The notes under the pieces are model-generated. The model searched no databases. It had not been told where the DNA came from and was given only the letters and a program-made list of their open reading frames with translations. Made by a program: the position numbers and the translations under genes. A stretch of 63,896 nucleotides of DNA, the filler included, from Bradymonadales bacterium (lineage in GTDB: Bacteria > Bdellovibrionota > UBA2394), in assembly GCA_007693605.1 (NCBI GenBank). It is 5 parts of 4 records of this genome, joined end to end, with 100 filler letters (N's around TTAATTAATTAA, not from the genome) between each part and the next. Parts side by side here need not be neighbours in the genome. Positions count along the whole stretch, not along the records: positions 1 to 27,991 come from REDG01000067.1; 4 more parts are not named here. One strand, 5' to 3'. Numbering within the stretch: the first letter of the stretch is position 1; every line of letters begins with the position of its first letter. Below are positions 9,639 through 20,374 of this stretch, piece by piece.

Positions 9639-10644
9639 TTGGTGCTTGCCCCAAGAGTTCCGTTTAGAGGGGTTTCAGTCGGCTCTGGTTCGCTGGTTTG
9701 CGAAAGAGGCGAGAGATCTGCCTTGGCGAAGAACAAAAGACCCCTACCACATTTGGATTTCAGAGATGATGTGTCAACAGACTGGGGTACAAACGGTAGT
9801 GGGTTATTACCAGAGGTTCATCGAAAAATTTCCAGACATGGGCTCGTTGGCTCGTGCAGAGCCTGATGAAGTTCTTCGGTTGTGGGAGGGCCTAGGCTAC
9901 TATTCTCGAGCTCGAAATATTCACCGAGCCGCTCAGATCTTAGAGTATGAAAGAAAGGGCCGATGGCCCAAAACCCGAAGAGAAATTCTAGAGTTGCCAG
10001 GAATTGGAGCCTATTCGGCGGGAGCCATTCTCTCGATTGCCTTTTCCAGGCCGGAGGCAGCTTTAGACGGCAATGTGATTCGGGTTCTTTCTCGCATTTT
10101 TCAAGTCAAAGAACCCGTGGACCAGGCTCAAACTCTAAAGCGGTTGTGGGGGATGGCTCAAGCCCTGGTGCCAAAGAAGTCGAGATGGATCAGGGCCCAC
10201 ACCGAGGGGATGATGGAGTTGGGGGCTCGAATATGTCTTCCGAGAGGCGGCCTTTGTTCTCGTTGCCCGGTGTCTCGGCATTGTTTGTCTGCCCATCAAA
10301 CAGAGGCAAAGACACTCCCTCGAAAAACAAAGCCCAAAAAGCGAGTCAAACTACAGGAGAGTATTTTTTTGCTGCAGAGACGAGCGAAGATTGCCGTTTT
10401 AGCGAAGGGGGCCGATCCAAAGTATCCTCTCTTTTATCGTCTACCCTTTATCTCAGGCCCGTATTCACCCTACGAAAGAAAAATGAAGTATTCGATTACT
10501 CATCGAGATATAGAAGTTTTCGTGAGTCGAAGCCTGAGCCTCAAGTCTCTTCAGAAAAAAATAAAATGGGTAGAGTCAGATCAACTTCAAGCCATGAGCT
10601 TTCCCGCGATTGATCGGAAAGTCATTCAAAGCCTTTTAGTTTGA
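9619..10644 (+). CDS. mutY: A/G-specific adenine glycosylase
   Basis: RDLPWRR, WISEMMCQQT, WEGLGYYSRARN, LPGIG HhH, DGNV, 4Fe-4S Cys motif. Confidence 0.95.
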   Translation: MTTKTVDWCLPQEFRLEGFQSALVRWFAKEARDLPWRRTKDPYHIWISEMMCQQTGVQTVVGYYQRFIEKFPDMGSLARAEPDEVLRLWEGLGYYSRARNIHRAAQILEYERKGRWPKTRREILELPGIGAYSAGAILSIAFSRPEAALDGNVIRVLSRIFQVKEPVDQAQTLKRLWGMAQALVPKKSRWIRAHTEGMMELGARICLPRGGLCSRCPVSRHCLSAHQTEAKTLPRKTKPKKRVKLQESIFLLQRRAKIAVLAKGADPKYPLFYRLPFISGPYSPYERKMKYSITHRDIEVFVSRSLSLKSLQKKIKWVESDQLQAMSFPAIDRKVIQSLLV

Positions 10645-11468
10645 TAGGCCTGAACTGTGTTTTCGAGAAGACTGCAAATGGTCATCGGGCCAACGCCGCC
10701 AGGTACTGGTGTGATCCAAGAGCAATGGTCCTTCACTTTCTCAAACTGCACATCGCCACAGAGCTTGCCAGAGGGCAGTCGGTGAATTCCGACATCAATC
10801 ACAACAGCGCCCTCTTTGACTCGTTCTGGCCCAATCAGTTCAGGTCTTCCGCAAGCGGCGACGAGAATGTCTGCTTGCTTGCAAACCTCAGCCGGATCCT
10901 TAGTGAGCTGATGAACGACGGTCACTGTGCCTCCGGCCTGATCAAACAGCAGGCTAAGTGGGCGACCTACGATTCGAGATCTTCCAATGACCACCACTTT
11001 TTTGCCGGCCACTTCAATATCGTAATGTTCCAGAAGAGACATGATTCCGAGCGGGGTGCAGGGCACAAGGCCCACTTCTCGGGCCAGAAGCTTTCCTAGG
11101 TTATAGGGGTGAAAACCGTCGACATCTTTCGCAGGCTTCAAAGCTTCGAGTACCTGTCCTGCGCCGACATGGTCTGGCAGCGGAAGTTGAATCAAAACTC
11201 CATCGACCGAATCGTCCTGATTCAGTCTCTCAACCAAATCCAAGAGTTCCTGCTGGCTTGTGGAGGCCTGAAGGGGCCATTCTTTGCTCTGTATGCCCAC
11301 GAACTGACACTTTTCGATCTTCTTTTTGACATAGATCTCTGATGCGACATCATCGCCCACTCGAATGACATGAAGAGCAGGCGGTCTCCCCCCCAGACGA
11401 CCGACCCGCTGTTTAAGCGTTTCCATCCGTTCTTTTGATACAAGATTTCCATTTAGAATCTGAGTCAC
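10626..11468 (-). CDS. folD: bifunctional methylene-THF dehydrogenase/cyclohydrolase
   Basis: KDVDGFHP, PCTPLG, GRSRIVGRP, TPVPGGVGPMT. Confidence 0.97.
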   Translation of the reverse strand: MTQILNGNLVSKERMETLKQRVGRLGGRPPALHVIRVGDDVASEIYVKKKIEKCQFVGIQSKEWPLQASTSQQELLDLVERLNQDDSVDGVLIQLPLPDHVGAGQVLEALKPAKDVDGFHPYNLGKLLAREVGLVPCTPLGIMSLLEHYDIEVAGKKVVVIGRSRIVGRPLSLLFDQAGGTVTVVHQLTKDPAEVCKQADILVAACGRPELIGPERVKEGAVVIDVGIHRLPSGKLCGDVQFEKVKDHCSWITPVPGGVGPMTICSLLENTVQAYQTKRL

Positions 11469-12850
11469 TCGATCGCCTCCTCAGAGTCGAGGCCGTACTC
11501 TTGAGCCTTATAGATCAATGAGCGGCGACTGATTTTAAGAAGTTGAGCGGCCTTCGTTTTATTGTTGTTGGTTTCTTGCAGGGCTCGTCGAATCATATAC
11601 TTTTCTGTATAGGCATGAATCTTTGAGAGAGCTTTTTTTAGGTCCCACTCTGATGGGTCAAATGTGATTTCAGGACCCTCTGGATTGTCGGCCAAGGGGT
11701 GAGGGAGCATGGCCTCGTCGATGATTTCTTGATCGGCCATGACCAGCATTTGCTCAATGACATTTTCAAGCTGTCTGACATTCCCCGGCCATGAGTAGCT
11801 CATCAGCTTCTGAATCACCCCCGGAGATAGGCGGTGAGGTCCGGCCTTTCGTTCTTTGCAGAACTTTGAGACGAAGTGCTGAGCCAACAACGGAATGTCT
11901 TCTTGCCGCTCCCTGAGAGAGGGCGCGGTGAGGGGGATCACATTCAGGCGATAAAAGAGGTCTTCTCGAAATCTCTTTGCCTTCACTTCTTCACCACAAT
12001 CTCGATTGGTTGCGGCTACAATCCTAACATCCACCTCTCTCGCCTTAGTTTCTCCTACCCGTCGAAGGGTAGATTCCTGAAGAAATCGAAGTAACTTTGT
12101 TTGCATTTCTAACGGAAGCTCTCCGATTTCATCTAGAAACAGACTTCCCAAATGGGCTTCTTCTGCTAATCCCTGTCTGTGTTGATGGGCTCCGGTGAAT
12201 GCGCCTTTCGCGTGACCAAACAGCTCACTCTCGATCAGGTTTGCTGGAATCGATCCACAATCGACAATCACAAAGCTTTGATCTCGGCGAGGGCTATTGT
12301 AGTGGATGGCTCGAGCAATCAGTTCTTTTCCGGTGCCGCTTTCTCCGTGAATCAACACAGTGCTCTTGGTCTCCGCCGCCTTTCTCATTTTTCGAAAGAG
12401 AGCTTGCATGGGCTCTGACTTTCCCAAGATCTGAGAAAAATCATATTCACTTTGAACTTCTTGCTTTAGTTGAAGATATCGAGATTCGAGCTGCCGCTCT
12501 CTGAAGGCCCGTTCAATGACGATCTCTAACTCTTCAGGCTCAAAGGGTTTTTGGAGGTAATCATAAGCTCCGAGCTTCATCGCCTGAAGAGCTGAGTCGA
12601 CTGATCCGTGTGCCGTCATCATGATGAAGACAGCGCTATCTGACTCTCGTTTTCGAGTTTCAAGGTGTTGAATGCCGTTGCCATCAGGTAGGCTGATATC
12701 GCAAATCACAAGATCGAAATCCACCTGGTCTTGTAAGGCTTTAGCCGATGCAATACTTTCGACACACTCAATTTCACGATTCTCTTTTTCTAAACTTGAC
12801 TTCAAGAGTCGGGCGAACGCGACCTCATCCTCAATAACTAGTATCTTCAC
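11465..12850 (-). CDS. sigma54-dependent response regulator (REC-AAA+-HTH)
   Basis: Receiver Asp (CDISLPD), GESGTGKE, intact GAFTGA, WPGNVRQL, Fis-type HTH. Confidence 0.96.
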   Translation of the reverse strand: MKILVIEDEVAFARLLKSSLEKENREIECVESIASAKALQDQVDFDLVICDISLPDGNGIQHLETRKRESDSAVFIMMTAHGSVDSALQAMKLGAYDYLQKPFEPEELEIVIERAFRERQLESRYLQLKQEVQSEYDFSQILGKSEPMQALFRKMRKAAETKSTVLIHGESGTGKELIARAIHYNSPRRDQSFVIVDCGSIPANLIESELFGHAKGAFTGAHQHRQGLAEEAHLGSLFLDEIGELPLEMQTKLLRFLQESTLRRVGETKAREVDVRIVAATNRDCGEEVKAKRFREDLFYRLNVIPLTAPSLRERQEDIPLLAQHFVSKFCKERKAGPHRLSPGVIQKLMSYSWPGNVRQLENVIEQMLVMADQEIIDEAMLPHPLADNPEGPEITFDPSEWDLKKALSKIHAYTEKYMIRRALQETNNNKTKAAQLLKISRRSLIYKAQEYGLDSEEAIE

Positions 12851-12881
12851 GACTTGATCATCTCAGTTGAAGCATCCGAGA

Positions 12882-14246
12882 TCAAGGCTTAGCCAAGGGG
12901 AGTCGAAGCTCGAAAACGCTTCCACTGCCAATTTCGGAATGGCATTGGATCTGCCCACCCATCTTTTCGACAATCTCTTTAGAAACCGAGAGACCAAGGC
13001 CAGAGCCCTGCTCAGATGTCTTTGTTGAAAAGAAGGGCTCGAAGATCTTCGATAGAATCTCTGGCGCAATGCCGCCCGCCCGGTCCTCGACTCGCACAAG
13101 GCCTAGTGTCTCTGTTGAATCTAAAGAGATCAGAATCTGACTGCCGGTAGGAGAGGCCTGAATTGCGTTCAGAACGAGATTCATGATCACTTGCTGAAAC
13201 TGCTGGGGCAAGCCCATAACGAGAGGCTGCGAGTCCATCCTTTTTTCGATATGAATCTGTTTTTCTCTCGCCGTCGTCTTCAATAAGAGTAGGCTTGATT
13301 CCAAGACTTCATGAACAAGAAAAGGCCGAGGACTCAAACTTTCTTGTCGAGCAAAGCGAAGCATTTGAGACAGAATTTCAAGGCAGCGCTCTCCTTCATC
13401 TCGAACGACCTGAAGAGAGGCCCTTTGTTCATCACTTAAGTCTGTTTTTTCAAGCTGTCGAGTGTAGCCCAGAATAGAACTCAGTGGGTTTCGGACTTCA
13501 TGGGCAATGCTTGCCCCGAAGCGTCCCAAGCTCGCAAGTCGTTCGGAATGTGCAAGCTCTTGAGCAGAGCGAGCAAGTTCTCTCTCTCTTGCTTGCAAGC
13601 TCGATATCATTTGCTCAAAGGTCTGAGAGAGTAGGCCAATTTCATCGGACCGAGAGCTGGGCAACTTGATGCTCGACCACTCAGCCTGAGAAATGTCTCG
13701 GGCCGCTTTCGTTAGGGCCTTCAGAGGCGACAGCAGCCGCAGGCTGAGCATGAGGCCAAAGCCCACACTTAGAATCAGGGCGAACAAGGTCACAAGCCCA
13801 ACTCTGAAAAATTCGGACTTGATGACAGAGGTGAAATTTTCCTTTGGCGTGGCCTCCAAGAGCCAAACGCCCAAGCTAGGAATATAGCTTGCTCCGCAAA
13901 GAAATTCTTCGCCCTGAAGACTGAGGCAAGGCTTTAGCAGGAAGCCCGAAGGGGGCAGGGGCTCGAATTGCTCGATTTCAACGGGGGGTTGATTCCACAC
14001 TCTTCCGTCAGCTTGAAGAATTGAATACGAGCTGGCCTCTAGAGCAGCATCGTCATTCAAAAACTGATCGCCCACAGCCTTCAATTCGGCCGCCTGAAGT
14101 TGTATCTGAGAACTCAGAAGGTCAAACAGATATCTTTCTCGATCTTCAATCTGTCTTTTGCCGAAGTAAAAGCTCAGGCCTAAAGATAAAAAAACGACAA
14201 CTAGACTGAAGCTCAGAACGATTTTGAATCGGAGGCTAGGGAACAT
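12882..14246 (-). CDS. HAMP-domain sensor histidine kinase
   Basis: Two TM segments, HAMP (DEIGLL), H-box AHEVRNPL, N-box NLVLNAIQA, G-box GSGLGL. Confidence 0.95.
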   Translation of the reverse strand: MFPSLRFKIVLSFSLVVVFLSLGLSFYFGKRQIEDRERYLFDLLSSQIQLQAAELKAVGDQFLNDDAALEASSYSILQADGRVWNQPPVEIEQFEPLPPSGFLLKPCLSLQGEEFLCGASYIPSLGVWLLEATPKENFTSVIKSEFFRVGLVTLFALILSVGFGLMLSLRLLSPLKALTKAARDISQAEWSSIKLPSSRSDEIGLLSQTFEQMISSLQARERELARSAQELAHSERLASLGRFGASIAHEVRNPLSSILGYTRQLEKTDLSDEQRASLQVVRDEGERCLEILSQMLRFARQESLSPRPFLVHEVLESSLLLLKTTAREKQIHIEKRMDSQPLVMGLPQQFQQVIMNLVLNAIQASPTGSQILISLDSTETLGLVRVEDRAGGIAPEILSKIFEPFFSTKTSEQGSGLGLSVSKEIVEKMGGQIQCHSEIGSGSVFELRLPLAKP

Positions 14247-15489
14247 AGAGTGACCTCACTGGGCTTCTATAAACCCGAGACGAGGATTCACCGATGACTT
14301 GCCAAAAAATTGTCCCGGAATCGATAAAGTTCAACCTCATTTGCGATTCAGAGGTTCGTTGGCTCAAAAGGATATCCGACATCTGTCGGTCGGACGCAAT
14401 TCGTAGTTCATAGAGATCAACGCCGGCAACATTCTCCCATTGAAAATGAATGCCGACCGATTCACTGAGCCGGACTCCGTCTTGGGGGACAAGGAGTTGG
14501 AGGCCTAGAATGTGGCGAAGCTGGCTTGATTGTCCGATTTGACTCGTGAGTTCAGAGTCTCTGGCAATCTCCGTTCGTTGGTTCGTTTGAGGATCGTAAA
14601 ATCCGGCCACTCCCTCAATGACAGAAACCTTAAGCTGTCCGGCTCGGACTTCCGTTTCTACGGCGCTTCGTTCAGCTTGCCCAGGCCGAGGACTCTCAAT
14701 TTCGATTCGACCTTGGGGAGTTTGAAGCTCCAGTCGATTTCTTTCGATGCTTGCCGCCAACTCAGCTCTCACTTGACCGTCTTCCAGTTCGATTTGGTGG
14801 GTGAGGATGTTTTCAGTGCCCAGTCGAGTCTCACCAATGACGACCAGACTCTTTTCTTGAAGTTCGATGGTTTGACCCTCCCGATATCGAATCTCCGCAT
14901 TCGCGTCTGCCAAGGTGCGAATGGAGTCTCTATTTCGAAGACTCAGTCCGACAGAACTATTTTCCCATTGCAGAGATCGCTGCCGTCGGTGCTCAACTCG
15001 CCCTTGAAGACTTTCGACACGAGCCTCAAAGTTTGCGTCGAGAATCTGTTTCTCAGGCTTCGACAGATATAGATTGAGAACCACCAGAGAAGCCAGCCCA
15101 AAGACCAAGAGTGAAGCCCCCGCAACAAAAACTTTTCGCAATCCATGGTGAGATCTCTTGGCAGTTTGTGAGTCTTTGTCTGCTGCTGCCTCCGACAATT
15201 CTTCATCTTTATCTCGCGGGTCAAATCGGATTTCTCCCTGAAACGGAGGTTTTGCTGAAAAGACGAATCCAACTTCGAGTTTTTTAAGCCTCTCTGCTAA
15301 TTCAATCTGCTCTTGTCTCGAAAAGCTTCTGCCTACGGTATAGGGCGTGAGTGAGAGGGTTGAAATCAATTTTGAATCAGATGTTTGATAGATGAGTTCG
15401 CACACCTCGGCCGTGGTTCGAGCGTCTGGAAAAAACAGCAAGCTCAGGTCGTAGCGCGCGGATTCCAAAGAGGGTTTTACAGCTGACAT
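14236..15489 (-). CDS. membrane-anchored FecR-domain protein
   Basis: Single TM followed by DSIRTLADANAEI, IELEDGQV, LQTPQG and VSVIEG FecR-like motifs, then a C-terminal Ig/FN3-like module (FQWENV...FWQV). Confidence 0.75.
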   Translation of the reverse strand: MSAVKPSLESARYDLSLLFFPDARTTAEVCELIYQTSDSKLISTLSLTPYTVGRSFSRQEQIELAERLKKLEVGFVFSAKPPFQGEIRFDPRDKDEELSEAAADKDSQTAKRSHHGLRKVFVAGASLLVFGLASLVVLNLYLSKPEKQILDANFEARVESLQGRVEHRRQRSLQWENSSVGLSLRNRDSIRTLADANAEIRYREGQTIELQEKSLVVIGETRLGTENILTHQIELEDGQVRAELAASIERNRLELQTPQGRIEIESPRPGQAERSAVETEVRAGQLKVSVIEGVAGFYDPQTNQRTEIARDSELTSQIGQSSQLRHILGLQLLVPQDGVRLSESVGIHFQWENVAGVDLYELRIASDRQMSDILLSQRTSESQMRLNFIDSGTIFWQVIGESSSRVYRSPVRSLYVP

Positions 15490-16943
15490 GGAATTCCAAA
15501 GAATTGAGCGAGCAACCCGTCTTCTGTTAACCGACCATCGATGGTTCGGCAGCTACTTAGCGCAAGCCATCCTCTCTCTTGAAAAATCTCATCACTACGA
15601 GTGACGAGCGTTCTTCCTTCAAAGCCCGGAAAGTCAAAAAACACAGAGTTAGGATCAAAAAGGTCTACTTGTCTTTGATCGGTATGGTAACGCCCGTCCA
15701 CACGAAAGCTGACAAAGCCATTGAGCAAAGTCTGAAGGTTGAGGGTGATGTTCATTCGATTGAAAGCAACACCCAAAGGTCTAGGGCTGTCTTGAGGAAG
15801 AAGAACGCGCATCAGAACCAGTCTTTGCATCAGGGGATGAAAGGGCTGAAGAGAGAGAACATGATAGTTTCGATGAACTGTCGGAATCTCCGCAACGCGA
15901 GCTCGGTAAAAATCCCTATCAAATCGGAGGTTTACAACAAGACTCAGGTTGCCCGTTTCATCCAGTCGAAACTCAAGCTTTGCGGGCTTGTTTGCATAAA
16001 ATCGAAGAGCTTGAGCAATTTGCGCCCTCTCAACTGCCTGTCGAATGAGCTCCTGAGAGCTTTCGTCGATTCCTGAAAACTCGAGATCCATCTGAAAGAC
16101 TTTGTCTGCATCTTCTTCGCAGGCCCTTAGAACTCCGGCCTTCTCTTTGGCCTCTCGTTGTTTTTCTTGGAGGGCATGGATTCGGGCTTGCGACCCAACC
16201 AGGCTGATTTCATCCGTTCGTTCGGCCAGACGGTAAAGACTTGAAGCCTGAGAAAAGTACCCGAGCACCTCTCCTGCATTTTCACAAGTCATCTGTCCGG
16301 AGATTGACCTCTCTGCCTCTCGTCCCATCTCCAAAAGAAGGTTTGCGAAGTGGTTGAGGTCTGTCGTCGGATAGATGTTGGGGTTTCTCAACTCGTTCAC
16401 CAGGCTTTTGTTGGCCGCCTGTGCAAAGTCTTGTTCAAAGCGATCTCGATCTCGAAGAGTGGCGACCCAGTCGACACGGGCGACTGCTCGAAGCCGTTCT
16501 CCGTTGTAGACGGTTGATCGAATCCTGACTTCTCCGAGATCCATTGGCCCCTGACCGCGTTCAATCGACCGGACTTCGTCGGCGGACATCGGTCTTGGAA
16601 TCTGAAACTCGGCCGGCACTTCGACGCGAAAAACAAAGAGGTCGTCAATCCTTCGAGATGCAATCTCGTATAGGTTGTCAGAACTCTCGATCGGTCCAGG
16701 GCTTAGGTTTAAAAGAACTGGTCGGCTTGCGTAGGTTGATTCGATTGACTGTTTGAGCAGTTTTTCGAAGTACTGTCTGACGGATGGTTCTGACAAAGCC
16801 CTTCCGTTTTGAGTGACCTCGACCAGGCTCACACCCATATTGCGATTGGCAGCTCTCTGAATTTGAATCTCTGCTTTGGGAGCAGCGCAAGAGAAAACAA
16901 AAAGACTGAGACTCGTTAGAAGAAAAAAGGAGCGTGAATTCAT
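15477..16943 (-). CDS. hypothetical lipoprotein
   Basis: Lipoprotein signal MNSRSFFLLTSLSLFVFS-C; overlaps the FecR-domain gene start. Confidence 0.7.
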   Translation of the reverse strand: MNSRSFFLLTSLSLFVFSCAAPKAEIQIQRAANRNMGVSLVEVTQNGRALSEPSVRQYFEKLLKQSIESTYASRPVLLNLSPGPIESSDNLYEIASRRIDDLFVFRVEVPAEFQIPRPMSADEVRSIERGQGPMDLGEVRIRSTVYNGERLRAVARVDWVATLRDRDRFEQDFAQAANKSLVNELRNPNIYPTTDLNHFANLLLEMGREAERSISGQMTCENAGEVLGYFSQASSLYRLAERTDEISLVGSQARIHALQEKQREAKEKAGVLRACEEDADKVFQMDLEFSGIDESSQELIRQAVERAQIAQALRFYANKPAKLEFRLDETGNLSLVVNLRFDRDFYRARVAEIPTVHRNYHVLSLQPFHPLMQRLVLMRVLLPQDSPRPLGVAFNRMNITLNLQTLLNGFVSFRVDGRYHTDQRQVDLFDPNSVFFDFPGFEGRTLVTRSDEIFQERGWLALSSCRTIDGRLTEDGLLAQFFGIPCQL

Positions 16944-16950
16944 GCTCCCA

Positions 16951-17928
16951 TTATAGCCCGACTTCCTGTCTAACTCGGTCCATCAATTTCACTGCTTTTT
17001 CAGAAGCTTTCTTCGCACCCTGTCGTAAACAATCTTCAATGTCTGAGGGGTGGTCGATCCACCTCCGATAGTTTTGGCGCATCGCACTAAAACCTTCTAA
17101 GATCTCTTGTAGGAGTTCCTTTTTTGCGTCTCCATAACCATAACCCCCAGCTTCTAGCTTCTGCTTCATGAGTTTGGCGCGATCGGCAGAGGCCACCACC
17201 TTGAAAATTTGGTAGATCAAACATTCTTCAGCGTTCTTGGGTTCGTCTAGGGCTTTGGAGTCAGTGATGATTTTCATCACTTCTTTCTTTAGGACAGGTT
17301 CTTCTGAAAAGAGATGAATGGCGTTGCCGTAACTCTTCGACATTTTTCGCCCGTCGACGCCCGGCAAGACTTGAGTGGACTCAAAACTCATGGCCTCTGG
17401 CAGCTTGAGCACTGGGCTATAGGCTTCGTTAAAAAAAGTCGCCATGTCGCGAGTCATCTCAAGGTGTTGGAGCTGATCTTTTCCGACAGGCACAACATCC
17501 GCCTCGAAGAGCAAAATGTCAGCCGCCATTAAAACCGGATAAAACAGTATGCCAGATCTTAACTGCTTCGACTTTGCACGAGCGTCTTTGTAGGAGTGTG
17601 CCCGTTCAAGAAGCCCCAATCCGGTGACGCAACTTAAGATGTAGGACAGTTCCAAAACTTCTTTTACATCCGATTGCCGCCACAGAGTGCAGGTGTTGGG
17701 GTCGGCACCACAAGCAAGCCAGGCCGCGGCCACAGACCGAACACTGGATCGCAACTCGTCAGGCGGGGGTGAGCTGGTCAGGCCGTGAAAGTCGGCAATA
17801 AAGAGAAAGCTATCGAAATCAGCTTGAGCTCGAATCGCCGGGGCCATCGCTCCAAAATAATTTCCTAAATGAATTTCCCCAGAGGCGCGAATTCCTGTCA
17901 GGAGACGCTTTTTGCCAGCCATTTGCAC
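16951..17928 (-). CDS. trpS: tryptophan--tRNA ligase
   Basis: HLGNY, YPVLMAADIL, VPVGKDQ, KMSKS. Confidence 0.97.
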   Translation of the reverse strand: MQMAGKKRLLTGIRASGEIHLGNYFGAMAPAIRAQADFDSFLFIADFHGLTSSPPPDELRSSVRSVAAAWLACGADPNTCTLWRQSDVKEVLELSYILSCVTGLGLLERAHSYKDARAKSKQLRSGILFYPVLMAADILLFEADVVPVGKDQLQHLEMTRDMATFFNEAYSPVLKLPEAMSFESTQVLPGVDGRKMSKSYGNAIHLFSEEPVLKKEVMKIITDSKALDEPKNAEECLIYQIFKVVASADRAKLMKQKLEAGGYGYGDAKKELLQEILEGFSAMRQNYRRWIDHPSDIEDCLRQGAKKASEKAVKLMDRVRQEVGL

Positions 17929-17930
17929 GA

Positions 17931-19709
17931 TTAAACCCGCTTTTGGTTGGGATGTCGACGGGGAATCGAATTCAGCAGCTTTCGAGTGTAGTCTTCCAGT
18001 GGAGTATCAGAAGTCAGAAGGTCGTGGGGCTTAATCTCTTCGACGATTTTGCCGTCTTTCATAACGATCACCCGATCACAAAGGTAGCCGATGACATTGA
18101 GGTCGTGAGAAATAAACAAATAGGTCAAGCCGAACTCTGACTTCAGGTCTTGCAACAGATTTAGAATTTGAGCCTGAATCGAAACATCGAGGGCCGATAC
18201 CGGCTCGTCGGCCACCAAGAAGCTAGGCTTTACGGCCAATGCCCGAGCAATGCTAATTCTCTGCCTTTGGCCTCCAGAAAACTCGTGAGGAAACTTATCG
18301 ATAGAAGATCTAGCCAGGCCGACTGTGTGAAGAAGCTCTCGGACGCGAGCCAATCTGTCTATGGACTTCAGGTTGGAGTGCAAGATTAGTGGCTCCTCAA
18401 TGATGTCTTTAACTCGCATTCGAGGATTCAGTGAAGAAAAGGGGTCTTGAAAGACCATTTGAAGTCTTCGTCGGTAGGCCTTGAAATCACGATGTCTAAG
18501 TCGACTAACATCTTTACCTTCTACAAAAATTCCCCCTGACTCGACTGGGAGGAGTCGAAGAATGCTTCTACCAAGGGTAGACTTTCCACAGCCACTCTCG
18601 CCCACCAGCCCAAGAGTTTCTCCCTTGTTCACCTTGAAGCTCACGCCGTCGACGGCTCGGACAGTTTGAAGAGGCCTTCCAAAAATACTCTTCTTAATGT
18701 GAAAGTGAACTTTCAGGTCTTTTAGTTCAACAAACACCTCTGTGTTCAAGTCTTTCTTTGCTGGATCTGATGAGGCCTTCTCGACAGTCGGTGAGTTCGG
18801 GCTTTCTGCTTTCGATTCTTCCAAGTCTCTCAATTGCTTCCATCGCGATTCCAGATCGGCCCCCTTTATCAGTTCCTCCGCATCAGGGACTGAAAAGGGG
18901 ATGGAGTAGAGAGGTTGCCCCCTCTTTTTAATCTCCGGAATCGATCGCTGAAGTGCTCTCGTGTAAGGGTGCTTTGGGTAATCAAAGATATCTGTAACCG
19001 AAGCGGATTCAACAATTTTTCCGCCGTACATGACAGCCACTCGATCGGCAATCTCTGCGACCACCCCAAAATCATGGGTGATCATCAAAAGGCTCATTCC
19101 CATCTTCTTTTGGAGGCCTCTCAACAAGTCGAGAATCTGCGCTTGAATGCTCACATCGAGAGCGGTGGTGGGCTCATCGGCGATCAAGATGGCGGGCTCG
19201 CAGGCCAAAGCCATGGCGATCATCACCCTCTGCCTTAGACCCCCTGACAGTTGGTGTGGGTAGAACTCTGCTCTTTCCTTTACATCTGGAATTCCGACAA
19301 GCTCCATCATCTCTAGAGTCTTCTTTCGAGCTTTCGACCGAGAAAGATTCGTGTGAAGCAAAATCGCTTCATCAATTTGGTTTCCAATGCTGAAAACAGG
19401 ATTGAGTGAGGTCATCGGTTCTTGAAAAATCATCGAGATCTCTCCGCCCCGAACCTTCCTCATTTTTGACTCTGGTAACTTCAGCAGGTCTTGACCCTTC
19501 AGGAGCAGTTCTCCTGACTCAATAAGGCCAGGAGGATCCTGAATGAGCCGCATAATGGATAGTGCCGTGACACTCTTTCCGCAACCACTCTCACCCACAA
19601 GCGCCAGACACTCTGAGTCATTTAAAGAAAACGAGATTTCGTCAACCGCTCGAAATCGACCCCACGGAGTTTTGAAACTTGTCACTAGATTTTTAACTTC
19701 CAGAAGCAC
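17931..19709 (-). CDS. peptide/nickel ABC transporter ATP-binding protein (fused duplicated ATPase)
   Basis: Two GESGCGKS Walker A motifs, LSGG/FSGG signatures, DEPT/DEPV Walker B. Confidence 0.95.
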   Translation of the reverse strand: MLLEVKNLVTSFKTPWGRFRAVDEISFSLNDSECLALVGESGCGKSVTALSIMRLIQDPPGLIESGELLLKGQDLLKLPESKMRKVRGGEISMIFQEPMTSLNPVFSIGNQIDEAILLHTNLSRSKARKKTLEMMELVGIPDVKERAEFYPHQLSGGLRQRVMIAMALACEPAILIADEPTTALDVSIQAQILDLLRGLQKKMGMSLLMITHDFGVVAEIADRVAVMYGGKIVESASVTDIFDYPKHPYTRALQRSIPEIKKRGQPLYSIPFSVPDAEELIKGADLESRWKQLRDLEESKAESPNSPTVEKASSDPAKKDLNTEVFVELKDLKVHFHIKKSIFGRPLQTVRAVDGVSFKVNKGETLGLVGESGCGKSTLGRSILRLLPVESGGIFVEGKDVSRLRHRDFKAYRRRLQMVFQDPFSSLNPRMRVKDIIEEPLILHSNLKSIDRLARVRELLHTVGLARSSIDKFPHEFSGGQRQRISIARALAVKPSFLVADEPVSALDVSIQAQILNLLQDLKSEFGLTYLFISHDLNVIGYLCDRVIVMKDGKIVEEIKPHDLLTSDTPLEDYTRKLLNSIPRRHPNQKRV

Positions 19710-20356
19710 TACTTCTTCTTATCCCCCTTATCGTCTTTGTCTTTTAGGGGGCGATAAGAGTTATGAGACATGCCCGTGAACTCTTCGTCAAAGAAAATAT
19801 TGGTGATAGGATCTGTCTCGAGCCGATCGGGATCCTCTGATTCTTCTTTGGTGTTAGGCTTAATCATCGAAATCGCGCTGATATAGTTTTCAGGTAGAGC
19901 GTCGCCCTCGTTTAGATAGTACTTTCGAATAAACCAGTCGATATCGCTGTCGGGGGCGATCATTAAAACAATTGGCAACCCTACTTTGAATTGAATCTCG
20001 TCAAAGGTCTCATAGTTGGTGGGGTCTGAAGTGGCGATCACCAATCTTCTCTTATTTCTAATCTCTCGCAGTGCGATTGGAACGACCCGCTTCTTTCTGC
20101 TGATCTGAACAGACACAGAGTTCAGAATCTCCTTTGTGACCTTCGTTGAGTCGAGTCGGGTCAGGTCGATCAAAGGAAGGCGCAAATGCCGAGACAAAAT
20201 CTCCATGATTTCGATTTCATTCATGATGCCGAGATCAACGATGCAGTCGCCAAGCTTTTTCCCCCACCGCCGCTGATAGGCAAGGGCCGATTTCAGTTGG
20301 GCGGGGTCAATCTTCTTCTCAGCGATCAGGATATCCCCCAGGCGAAGCTTCGGCAT
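19709..20356 (-). CDS. stand-alone MshEN/GspE-N domain protein without ATPase
   Basis: RLGDILIAEKKIDPAQLKSALAYQ followed by KLGDCIVDLG, plus the GspE N1 domain (LVIATSDP); no Walker motifs. Confidence 0.8.
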   Translation of the reverse strand: MPKLRLGDILIAEKKIDPAQLKSALAYQRRWGKKLGDCIVDLGIMNEIEIMEILSRHLRLPLIDLTRLDSTKVTKEILNSVSVQISRKKRVVPIALREIRNKRRLVIATSDPTNYETFDEIQFKVGLPIVLMIAPDSDIDWFIRKYYLNEGDALPENYISAISMIKPNTKEESEDPDRLETDPITNIFFDEEFTGMSHNSYRPLKDKDDKGDKKK

Positions 20357-20374
20357 ATGCCCCCACTCTAAACA

